Below, one piece after another: positions 9,509 through 17,610 of a stretch of 64,000 bases of DNA. This DNA comes from Spirochaetia bacterium. GTDB lineage: Bacteria; Spirochaetota; Spirochaetia; UBA9216. The notes under the pieces are model-generated. The model did no database searches and had not been told where the DNA came from. It was given only the letters and a program-made list of their open reading frames with translations. The stretch lies in the NCBI GenBank assembly GCA_963677925.2, contig CAXXYH010000004.1, positions 384,001-448,000 on the forward strand. The letters are read 5' to 3'. How positions within the stretch are numbered: position 1 is the stretch's first letter; each line of letters starts with the position of its first letter. The position numbers were made by a program, and so were the translations under genes.

Positions 9509-10426
9509 TTGAGCTGGTATGGATTTATTCAAAAATACTTCGGCCTGTTTTTCGGGCTGGGAATACTAATCGGACTGATTTTTTCCTCTGTTTTTGACGG
9601 ATATAAAAACCTCGTTCTGCCGCTGCTTGGAACGGTAATGCTGTTCACCTTTCTGTCTATAGATATCAGGCAGGCACTTTCAAATCTGAAGAGGTTTCAC
9701 AACATTGCAGCGGTGTTCATCATCACCAAGGTTATCCTTCCAATCCTGCTTTATCATCTGGCCAAACCGCTCGGAACCGATATCTCAATAGCCGTATTCA
9801 TGCTGTGCATCACACCCTTCGCCTCAATTTCACCTACACTTACCACTCTGCTTGAAGGAGATACCGAGTTTATCCTGCTTAACCAGATACTGATGACCCT
9901 TCTTGCCCCCTTTTATATGCCGATATTGATTATGCTGGTTCTCGGGGCTGAGATTCAGCTGAATCCTGTACAGATGTTTAAAATACTGACCTTTCTTATT
10001 TTTGTTCCATTCGGGTTGTCGCTGATAATCCGGCCTCTGCTGAAATCTGCAGTGCTTAAGACTAAAAAATACTTCGGGGCGGTAAATATTCTGCTTATCA
10101 TGGCCGTTATCTGCATCCTGCTTGCAACAGCCGCCGGCAGCATCCTTGAAAACCCTCTGCATACCCTGCCTCAGCTTGGCTTAAGTTATCTTCTGGGATT
10201 AATACTGATACTCAGCGGTCTTTTTATCCCCTTCTTTCTTGATCGGAAAAAGCGGATCGGTCTCTCTGTTTCTGTACTATACATGAACGTGGGGCTTACT
10301 GCTGTGGTTGCTTCAGGTTTTTTCAGCCCGGAAGTCCTTCTGTTTATTCTGATTTATGAAATACCGGTTAATACACTTCCTACACTGATGCGGTCAGCTG
10401 CAGAACGCTTCAGAAAAAGAGATTAA
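9509..10426 (+). CDS. Bile acid:sodium symporter (BASS) family transporter
   Basis: About 9-10 TM segments, TPFASISP crossover motif, MNVGL motif; GAGGTG SD. Confidence 0.75.
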   Translation: MSWYGFIQKYFGLFFGLGILIGLIFSSVFDGYKNLVLPLLGTVMLFTFLSIDIRQALSNLKRFHNIAAVFIITKVILPILLYHLAKPLGTDISIAVFMLCITPFASISPTLTTLLEGDTEFILLNQILMTLLAPFYMPILIMLVLGAEIQLNPVQMFKILTFLIFVPFGLSLIIRPLLKSAVLKTKKYFGAVNILLIMAVICILLATAAGSILENPLHTLPQLGLSYLLGLILILSGLFIPFFLDRKKRIGLSVSVLYMNVGLTAVVASGFFSPEVLLFILIYEIPVNTLPTLMRSAAERFRKRD

Positions 10427-11070
10427 AAGAGGGGCTTCTCGTTCTTAGGTGCGCCGATTGAGGAAGGAGCTTCCGCCGGCTTTAAAAGAGTCCGCCGGCC
10501 CTTAAGAGATCGGGAAAGAGTAAGCCTGTCCGCATATTCAAGATCCCCGCCTGCCGGAAGTCCGGATGCAAGCTGGCTGATCCGAAGTCCCGATTTCTTA
10601 AGCAGGTTAACCAGGTACATCGCAGTCGTCTCACCCTCAACAGTCGGATTTGTGGCAATAATCAGCTCTTCCACCTTTCCGCTTTTAAGCCGGTTAAGCA
10701 GGTGTCCGATTGTCAGCTCCTCAGGCCCTATACCGTCTATCGGGGAAATTACTCCCTTAAGAACATGGTAGTAGCCTTTGAAGTCGCCTGTAGCCTCTAT
10801 TGTCGTGATATCTTCCGGCTGCTCAACAATGCAGATCAAACTGTGATCACGGGAGGCATCGCTGCAGATATCACAGGGATCCTCCTCAGTGTAGTTCCCG
10901 CAGATAGAGCAGGTTTTAATGTTTTCCTGAATTCCGCCTATAAGTTCGGCAAGGTTTGATACCCAGCCAGGATCAGCCTTTAGAATATGATAGGCCATCC
11001 TCCGGGCGCTTTTTGAACCTATTCCGGGAAGTTTAGAAAGATTTTTTACAAGCAGATCGAGACTGTTCAA
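10423..11070 (-). CDS. recR: Recombination mediator RecR
   Basis: LPGIGSKSA HhH, C4 zinc finger, Toprim ATNPTVEGETTA. Confidence 0.96.
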   Translation of the reverse strand: MNSLDLLVKNLSKLPGIGSKSARRMAYHILKADPGWVSNLAELIGGIQENIKTCSICGNYTEEDPCDICSDASRDHSLICIVEQPEDITTIEATGDFKGYYHVLKGVISPIDGIGPEELTIGHLLNRLKSGKVEELIIATNPTVEGETTAMYLVNLLKKSGLRISQLASGLPAGGDLEYADRLTLSRSLKGRRTLLKPAEAPSSIGAPKNEKPLF

Positions 11071-11085
11071 TTTCCGCCTTCTGTC

Positions 11086-11403
11086 TTAAAACCCCATCAT
11101 TTCCGGGGGAAGGTTCAGTTCGGAAGCAATGCTGGAAGCTTCCTGCTGTATTTTTTCCTTTATCTTGTTAGAAGCATCGGTAAATGCGGACAGAACAAGA
11201 TCTTCAAGCAGTCCTATATCACTCGGATCAACCGCCTCGGGAGCTATCTTTACATCAAGCACCGAATACTGTCCGGTAAGGGTAATCTCAACCATCCCGC
11301 CGCCCGAAGAACCGGTTGCGGTTACATTATTGAGTTTTCCCTGCATATCCTGCATCTTGCTCTGCATTCCCTGCAGATTTTTTATCATATCCATCGGATT
11401 CAT
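11086..11403 (-). CDS. ybaB: YbaB/EbfC nucleoid-associated protein
   Basis: GSSGGGMV and LLEDLVLSA; lies between dnaX and recR. Confidence 0.93.
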   Translation of the reverse strand: MNPMDMIKNLQGMQSKMQDMQGKLNNVTATGSSGGGMVEITLTGQYSVLDVKIAPEAVDPSDIGLLEDLVLSAFTDASNKIKEKIQQEASSIASELNLPPEMMGF

Positions 11404-13401
11404 TTATTCACCACCCTGAATGACCTGGCCGCGGAAAACCTTTTTTACAGCATCAACATGTTCCTGATGATCCTGGCCGCTTTCCTCGTCGCGGTTGATC
11501 TTTAATACTTCAACCTCGATCTGGTATGACCTGCCGGTCTGTTCATTAATTATTTCGTTTATAACCTGTCTATCGTTCTTTACGACTGAGGCTGTATATC
11601 CGTTTTCAAAACTCAAACAGAGCTTTCCGCCGTTAACGGTCCATCTCACCGACTGCTCTACCGCAGCGGCAAGTGTCAGCTTGCGCTTCCTGATACCTTC
11701 AAGAATGCGGCTCTTCTCATCCGAGCTGAATCCCCCGCCGCTTCCGGCCACTGTTGACTGAACAGCAGCTGATGTCGGTTCCGGTGAGGCATAAGCCGGA
11801 GCTGTCTGTGACGGAGCTGCGGGCATTGACGTTGGAGCCGCAGGGGCTGCTGCCTGAGCAGGAGGTTCAGAAACAGGCGGATCATCCACAAATCTTTCGT
11901 AGTAATCCTCATCCTCTTCATCATCGTCATAATCATCCGGATCAAAGGCGCCGCTTACAGCCGGCTTCTGTACCGGAGGCGCCTGCTGTTGCGCTGCGGG
12001 CTGCTGAGACTCTGCCGGAGCCTGTCCAAACGGCTGAGACTGGGGTTCAGGCCGTCCAAGCTGAACGGAAGGAGCATCATCCTTAACCAGAGGCGCATTC
12101 TGCTGTACCTGAGGCTGCACCGGCTGTACGGGTGCCGAAGGAGCTGCAGCAGCTGCCGGAGCAACCGTTTTTTCAACCTGAACCTGTGCCTGTACAGGAA
12201 CCGAAGGCTGAGTTTCAGTCTGAATCGCAGATTCAGAAACAGGGACTGCTTTTGCACCTGAAATTGCACGGCCTTTCAAGGCTTCAAGTCTGTCATATAT
12301 TTCTGCCGGAGAAATCCATGTACTTATATCTGAAAGAAGACTCAGAAGAAGCTCCAGCTCAAAGCGTTCATTAAGCGAATAGCGGACATCTCTGTAAAAC
12401 TTAAAAATTAGCTCAAGAGCCTTTTCAAGCTGGGGGCGTGAAAAAGTTCTTACCGCCGTATCGGAATATCTTGCCTTTGCATAGCCCAGCAGAGCCTCGC
12501 TGTCCGCACCGCTTTTGATAAAAAGCAGGCTTCTAAAGTATTCGGCAAGGTCTACAGCAAACTGCTCTACCGAAACTCCGCCGGCAATAATCTCCGAACA
12601 GAGTCTTATTACTTCCGCGGCATTCCTGCCGGCCATGGCATCGGCAATTGTATTCATGCTGTCCAGGCCGACCAGGCCCAGTTTCTCGCGTATTATTTCA
12701 AGGTTGATATTTCCATCTGAAAAGGCAACAACCTGATCAAAAAGCGTATAAGCATCACGCATAGAACCGGTAGCTTCCTTAGCTATCCAGAAAAGAGCGT
12801 CATCCTCCGCAGCGACATTCATTTCACGGCAGGCATCGGAAAGGCTGTTTTTAATCCTCTCCAGCCCAATCAGCCTGAAATTAAACTGCTGACAGCGCGA
12901 ACGGATTGTAGCCGGAACCTTGTGAATCTCGGTTGTTGCAAAGATAAAAATAATATATGGAGGCGGTTCTTCGATGGTTTTCAGAAGCGCGTTGAATGCA
13001 CTGTTTGAAAGCATGTGAACCTCATCGATAATATACACCTTGTAACGGCAGGAATTGGGCGCGAAAAGCACCTCGTCCTTGATTTCACGAATATCGTTTA
13101 CCGAAGTATTTGATGCTCCGTCAATCTCAATCACATCAAGGGCATTTCCCTTTGCTATCTCGGTACAGTTGCTGCAGACTCCGCAGGGTTCGGGCGTCGG
13201 ACCGTTTTCACAGTTGACCGCCTTGGCAAGAATTCTTGCTGCGGATGTTTTTCCGACGCCGCGTGGGCCTGAAAAAAGATAGGCGTGGGCAATCCTACCA
13301 GCCTTAATAGAGTTCTTAATAGTTGAAACTACAAATTCCTGTCCGACCAGCTCTTCAAAGCCGGACGGACGACGTCTTGATGCGGTTACTTCATATGCCA
13401 T
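11404..13401 (-). CDS. dnaX: DNA polymerase III subunit gamma/tau
   Basis: GPRGVGKTS, zinc module, IDEVHMLS, SRCQ; long Pro/Ala/Gln linker. Confidence 0.96.
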   Translation of the reverse strand: MAYEVTASRRRPSGFEELVGQEFVVSTIKNSIKAGRIAHAYLFSGPRGVGKTSAARILAKAVNCENGPTPEPCGVCSNCTEIAKGNALDVIEIDGASNTSVNDIREIKDEVLFAPNSCRYKVYIIDEVHMLSNSAFNALLKTIEEPPPYIIFIFATTEIHKVPATIRSRCQQFNFRLIGLERIKNSLSDACREMNVAAEDDALFWIAKEATGSMRDAYTLFDQVVAFSDGNINLEIIREKLGLVGLDSMNTIADAMAGRNAAEVIRLCSEIIAGGVSVEQFAVDLAEYFRSLLFIKSGADSEALLGYAKARYSDTAVRTFSRPQLEKALELIFKFYRDVRYSLNERFELELLLSLLSDISTWISPAEIYDRLEALKGRAISGAKAVPVSESAIQTETQPSVPVQAQVQVEKTVAPAAAAAPSAPVQPVQPQVQQNAPLVKDDAPSVQLGRPEPQSQPFGQAPAESQQPAAQQQAPPVQKPAVSGAFDPDDYDDDEEDEDYYERFVDDPPVSEPPAQAAAPAAPTSMPAAPSQTAPAYASPEPTSAAVQSTVAGSGGGFSSDEKSRILEGIRKRKLTLAAAVEQSVRWTVNGGKLCLSFENGYTASVVKNDRQVINEIINEQTGRSYQIEVEVLKINRDEESGQDHQEHVDAVKKVFRGQVIQGGE

Positions 13402-13473
13402 ACGCGAAAATTGTATATGATAATCGGGCCGTTATCAAGCTCGGAGTTGATCAGGATTCGGGCGTATCTGTGT

Positions 13474-14424
13474 TTATGCGGGTTTTACTGGAATACAGAT
13501 ATCGAATACATGCTTCCCTTCAGGGTGTTGTTTCGGATCATTTTTTGAGAGTTCGTAGCTCAGACCGTCAGCAGCCTCATATCCGCTGTCCGGCAGCCAG
13601 TCAGCACAAACCCAGTTCCAGGCATCACCATACTGATCAACATCAACCTCAAACTCTACCATTGCATACTTTCCGGCAGGCATGAGCATTTTACCAACAT
13701 CACCGCTAACCTCCGTGTCAGGTGGCACAGTCAGACAGACGCTGGTCCGCAGCTTTGTCTCATCAGTCAGGTTAGGATCATCATGATATACGCTCATCAG
13801 CTTTGTATCCGGAAAATTAAGCAGATCCCTCGCTCCTGCCCATTTGAAAAGCTTTTCATACAGGCCGGCAAATAATGCCTCATCCCCGGCATAGGGCCCG
13901 ATATAACGCACATAGGCTACCGTCATATCCTCAACATTTTCTACTCTGACATTTCTGCCTTCTACTTTCATTCGGTTCCTCCGTTCATCAATAATCTTAT
14001 GATCAAGATGATACGGCTTTGAACCGGCCTCAGCTTCACAATTCTTGCCCTTCATTTGCTCAATCTTGCTGTCCGCTTTGCAATCCTTGCTGAGAAGGCT
14101 TAAACGCCAGTCTGTTGCAGACTGATCATAATGTTCACGAAAGCTTCTGGCAAAAACAGATGATGAGCTGAATCCGCAGTCCAGTGCAATTTCAGTAATA
14201 TTCTTCTCTGTGCCGGCAAGCATACGGGCGGCTTTTTCCAGCCTGAGTCGTTTGATGAAAACATTCAGCGGCTCTCCCATAAAGGCTGTGAATATCCTGT
14301 GGAAATGATAGGGTGAAAACAAAGCGACAGCCGCCAGTCGATCGAGGTTCAGCTCCTCATCGAGGTGTGAATCTATATAGTCTATTACTCTGTTTATGCG
14401 CTGTATGTAATCCTTACTGCTCAC
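13474..14424 (-). CDS. AraC-family regulator with C-terminal GyrI-like effector domain
   Basis: N-terminal double HTH (FSPYHFHRIF, IALDCGFSSSSVFARSF); C-terminal YIGPY, DDP and WLPDSGY GyrI motifs. Confidence 0.92.
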   Translation of the reverse strand: MSSKDYIQRINRVIDYIDSHLDEELNLDRLAAVALFSPYHFHRIFTAFMGEPLNVFIKRLRLEKAARMLAGTEKNITEIALDCGFSSSSVFARSFREHYDQSATDWRLSLLSKDCKADSKIEQMKGKNCEAEAGSKPYHLDHKIIDERRNRMKVEGRNVRVENVEDMTVAYVRYIGPYAGDEALFAGLYEKLFKWAGARDLLNFPDTKLMSVYHDDPNLTDETKLRTSVCLTVPPDTEVSGDVGKMLMPAGKYAMVEFEVDVDQYGDAWNWVCADWLPDSGYEAADGLSYELSKNDPKQHPEGKHVFDICIPVKPA

Positions 14425-14815
14425 AGCACTCCAGCCACTTTTTCACTTTTTCCCTGAACTCACCGATTAGGAGATCAAAATCGGGCTCATTGATTCCCGC
14501 CCATCGGAACTCCACATGTTCATCAGAGAGTTTTATATCGAAATCCTTTGTACTGCATTTGTAAATAATTCCGGTGATGTGCCAGTTATCAAGAAAGGCG
14601 TTCCAGGTATCAACTATAACTTCCGGGATAATTTTCATTCCGGTTTCTTCGAAAACTTCCCTGGTTACTGCCTGCTCGGCAGTCTCTCCGAATTCAATAT
14701 GTCCACCCGGTAATTCCCAGACCGTGTTCCGATCAGTATTACGACGAAGAATCAGAACACGGCCGTCAGGATCCTGAATTAATGCCTTAATTGAAAAAGT
14801 TATTCTCCTTCCCAA
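14414..14815 (-). CDS. NUDIX hydrolase (MutT-like)
   Basis: Nudix box GGHIEFGETAEQAVTREVFEETG; LSDEH. Confidence 0.9.
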   Translation of the reverse strand: MGRRITFSIKALIQDPDGRVLILRRNTDRNTVWELPGGHIEFGETAEQAVTREVFEETGMKIIPEVIVDTWNAFLDNWHITGIIYKCSTKDFDIKLSDEHVEFRWAGINEPDFDLLIGEFREKVKKWLECCEQ

Positions 14816-14886
14816 AACGTTTTTCTCCTGATTTTTTCTGGTTAATCAGTGTATCAGCAGTTTCAGGATTTGAAAACTTTTATTGA

Positions 14887-15582
14887 TTAGAAAGCAAAGC
14901 TTCCCCCTATACCGCAGGCTATGCCTCGCATCATAAGATAGGTATTAGTTGACTCAATCGTTTTAGCAGCGGTAAGCCCCGTTGAGGGTCCAGTAAGATA
15001 GGATGCAGTCAATGTTAGCGGATTATAAATATCCCTGTACTCAGCAAACAGATTAACAGTTACCTGTTTGATCTTAATACCCAGAGATCCGCCGGCAAGC
15101 CATCCGTAACCGAAGGGTGCACTTGCTGAAAACTCAGTAAATCCGGCATATTCATCTGCCGCAGCAACATCGTCCGCCGCCCAGCCTTCAAGCGGAGTTA
15201 ACGTCGCATTCCAGCTCCCGGCGCCTCCTCCGAATGCCTTTATAACCACCGGCCCCATTTCAAACTTCAGCTGTAGTTTGATGTAGGCAAGGAAGTTATC
15301 AGCTATAAACCATGGCTTTGAAGGCGATACCGCATTCCCGTCCACTGATGCACCCTCAACCATATAACCGTGAAATTTACAGTAATCAAAGCCGACAGGA
15401 ATCTCAAGAAACTTACCAAGCCCGAGTGAAGTGCTTAGGCCGGATGTCAATGCGACAGCTCCATCATCATAAAGATATAGGCTTTCAGGCACAAATACTG
15501 AAATCTTTGTACCTGCTTCCTCAGCAAAAACAGCACTTCCTAGAATCAAAACTGTGCAAATTAAAACAGCAATTTTTTTCAT
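14887..15582 (-). CDS. Hypothetical exported protein, probable outer-membrane beta-barrel
   Basis: Signal peptide ending AVFA; amphipathic strands; C-terminal Phe (GIGGSFAF); AGGAG SD. Confidence 0.65.
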   Translation of the reverse strand: MKKIAVLICTVLILGSAVFAEEAGTKISVFVPESLYLYDDGAVALTSGLSTSLGLGKFLEIPVGFDYCKFHGYMVEGASVDGNAVSPSKPWFIADNFLAYIKLQLKFEMGPVVIKAFGGGAGSWNATLTPLEGWAADDVAAADEYAGFTEFSASAPFGYGWLAGGSLGIKIKQVTVNLFAEYRDIYNPLTLTASYLTGPSTGLTAAKTIESTNTYLMMRGIACGIGGSFAF

Positions 15583-15657
15583 ATAATTTCTCCTACAGTA
15601 ACCTAAGTATAGTTAACCATAAGAGCAAAGCAAGCAGTTTCAACGTAATTAGAAACC

Positions 15658-15700
15658 TGTGGATAACATGTGGATAAATTATGGAAAAGCATGTGAATAA
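15658..15700 (+). promoter_or_regulatory. Cluster of four co-oriented DnaA boxes outside oriC
   Basis: TGTGGATAA 15658, TGTGGATAA 15669, TATGGAAAA 15680, TGTGAATAA 15692. Confidence 0.8.
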
Positions 15701-15780
15701 AATTATAAAAAACATAGACCCGAAGCCTCGAGTCTTCGAGCGAGCTGAGAGATATCTGTTATATACCTGGTAAATAAAAA

Positions 15781-15882
15781 CGCCGCCAAGCTTACTGCGG
15801 CTCAGTAAAACACCACTGACCGCTGCTTCCTTCCGGACCTGACGGGGTTGGGTAGTGCGTACTAGCACAGGGCCTGACGGCG
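15781..15882 (-). ncRNA. ffs: Signal recognition particle RNA (small bacterial SRP, 4.5S)
   Basis: Conserved TCAGGTCCGGAAGGAAGCAGC; terminal stem CGCCGTCAGGC/GCTTGGCGGCG followed by a T-run. Confidence 0.95.
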
Positions 15883-15888
15883 AATAAA

Positions 15889-15973
15889 CGGAGAGAGGGG
15901 GATTCGAACCCCCGGTACCTTTCGATACACACGCTTTCCAAGCGTGCGCCTTCGACCGCTCGGCCATCTCTCC
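15889..15973 (-). tRNA. tRNA-Ser(GGA)
   Basis: Cloverleaf; anticodon arm CACGC-TTGGAAA-GCGTG; long variable arm; GTTCGAATC; no encoded CCA. Confidence 0.96.
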
Positions 15974-16010
15974 AGATATGAAATAATGATGTTTCTCCGA
16001 CTCTTAGCTT

Positions 16011-16098
16011 CGGAGAGAGAGGGATTCGAACCCTCGGTACAGACGAGCTGTACAACGGCTTTCGAGGCCGCCCGATTCAACCACTCTCGCATCTCTCC
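16011..16098 (-). tRNA. tRNA-Ser(CGA)
   Basis: Anticodon arm GCGGC-CTCGAAA-GCCGT; long variable arm. Confidence 0.96.
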
Positions 16099-16213
16099 CA
16101 GATGACTGCAAAAAAATTCTACATATCACTGTGGTTGAGTTTTTTAGGAAAACCATGTTTTCATAAAAAATCTCAAAAAACAAAATTATTCCGTCAGGAA
16201 TAATTTTGTTTAG

Positions 16214-16287
16214 TATACCCAAGAGGACTCGAACCTCCGACCTTTAGGTCCGCAACCTAACGCTCTATCCAGCTGAGCTATGGGTAC
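16214..16287 (-). tRNA. tRNA-Arg(GCG)
   Basis: GTACCCATAGCTCAGCTGGATAGAGCG; anticodon arm TTAGG-TTGCGGA-CCTAA; GTTCGAGTC. Confidence 0.95.
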
Positions 16288-16406
16288 AAGGGAATAAGAA
16301 ATCTGAGATTTCTTATTTTGAAAAATCTTTGATTTTTCATTTTTAGTATTCAATAAAAAAGAATACTTCAAGGTTTATATTATACTGTGTTTACAGTAAA
16401 AAAAAT

Positions 16407-16493
16407 CGGAGAGGGAGGGATTCGAACCCTCGGTACCGTTACCAGCACAACTCCTTAGCAGGGAGCCCGATTCAACCACTCTCGCACCTCTCC
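16407..16493 (-). tRNA. tRNA-Ser(GCT)
   Basis: Anticodon arm GCTCC-CTGCTAA-GGAGT; long variable arm. Confidence 0.96.
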
Positions 16494-16522
16494 GAATGAA
16501 ACCAGCCCTTACGGGCAAAATA

Positions 16523-16607
16523 CGGAGAAGGTGGGATTCGAACCCACGGAACCTTGCGGCTCAACGGTTTTCAAGACCGCCTCCTTCGACCACTCGGACA
16601 CCTCTCC
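16523..16607 (-). tRNA. tRNA-Ser(TGA)
   Basis: Anticodon arm GCGGT-CTTGAAA-ACCGT; long variable arm. Confidence 0.96.
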
Positions 16608-16633
16608 ATATTACAATAATTGTCGTGGGGTCT

Positions 16634-16662
16634 AATATATGAATCAATGGCAGTTTTGTCAA
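16634..16662 (-). promoter_or_regulatory. sigma70 promoter of the tRNA-ffs cluster
   Basis: TTGACA (16662-16657), N17, TATATT (16639-16634). Confidence 0.75.
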
Positions 16663-16731
16663 TATTGATAGAGGTAAAAACAATAGGAAAGAGAATCTAT
16701 GACTTTTAAAATATTGCAGTTTCTGAAAATT

Positions 16732-17610
16732 CTAATCAGTAAAAAGATCAAAGAGTCGTTCAAGATCTTCCATGGAATAATATGATATTTCGATCTTTCC
16801 CTGATTAAGGCTTCCGTTAATATTTATCTTGGTTCCCAGCCTGTCAATCAGTTTCTCTTTTATAACTTCCAGTTCAGGAATTCTTTTTGCAGTTCCGGAA
16901 GCCTTTGACTTTGATGACTTCTTTCCCGATTCAGCGGCTCTCTGTCCTGCAAGTTTTTCAGCTTCTCTAACAGATAAACCTTCATCAAGTATTCTTTGAT
17001 GAAGTTCGGACATCTGCTTTGAAGTGTTCATCGAAAGGATCGCCCGTGCATGTCCGGCAGAAACTATACCCTGAACCAGGGAATTCTGCACTTCCTCCGG
17101 AAGTTTCAGCAGCCTCAGGCTGTTGGCTACAGTTGAACGTTTTTTCCCGACCTTCTCTGCAAGCTCTTCCTGATTGAGGTTTTCTATATCCATCAGCTCT
17201 TTATAGGCTATTGCCTCTTCAATCGGGTTCAGATCTTCACGCTGAATATTTTCAATCAGGGCAATTTCAAGTTTTTCATTGTTAGTATAGTTTCTCTCAA
17301 TAACCGGCATCTCTTTCAGACCGGCAAGCTTTGAAGCACGGTAGCGCCTCTCACCAGCAATGATGATAAACCTGTCCCCTGATTTTTCAACTATGATAGG
17401 CTGAATAACACCCTTGTCTTTAATAGAAGCAGCTAACTCACTTAGAGCTTCCTCATCAAAGTTTTTTCTCGGCTGATCAGGATTGGGGATTATATTTTCA
17501 ATAGATACAACAGTAATTCCGGAGGATGTGCTTACAGAAGATTCAACAGTGTCTTCTGCTCCGCCCATCAGGGCGCTTAGACCGCTTCCGAGTGCAGGAC
17601 GTTTAGACAC
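16732..17610 (-). CDS. parB: Chromosome partitioning protein ParB
   Basis: ALGSGL, NPDQPRK, IAGERRYRA, ENIQREDL, HTH. Confidence 0.96.
   Translation of the reverse strand: MSKRPALGSGLSALMGGAEDTVESSVSTSSGITVVSIENIIPNPDQPRKNFDEEALSELAASIKDKGVIQPIIVEKSGDRFIIIAGERRYRASKLAGLKEMPVIERNYTNNEKLEIALIENIQREDLNPIEEAIAYKELMDIENLNQEELAEKVGKKRSTVANSLRLLKLPEEVQNSLVQGIVSAGHARAILSMNTSKQMSELHQRILDEGLSVREAEKLAGQRAAESGKKSSKSKASGTAKRIPELEVIKEKLIDRLGTKININGSLNQGKIEISYYSMEDLERLFDLFTD

Noticed and set aside
12168-12175. A6 run in dnaX as a possible -1 frameshift site for gamma
   Set aside because: Reads GAA AAA ACG, not an in-frame A AAA AAG heptamer, and is too short for transcriptional slippage.
15718-15745. Small overlapping hairpins (CTCGA-GTCT-TCGAG) between ffs and the DnaA boxes
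   Set aside because: Stems of only 5 bp; not distinguishable from chance.
15593-16222. ORFs of 72-124 aa over the tRNA/ffs cluster
   Set aside because: They are translations of tRNA and SRP sequences.
15889-16607. Repeated GGATTCGAACCC units resembling a CRISPR array
   Set aside because: These are tRNA T-arms; no cas genes and no regular spacers.
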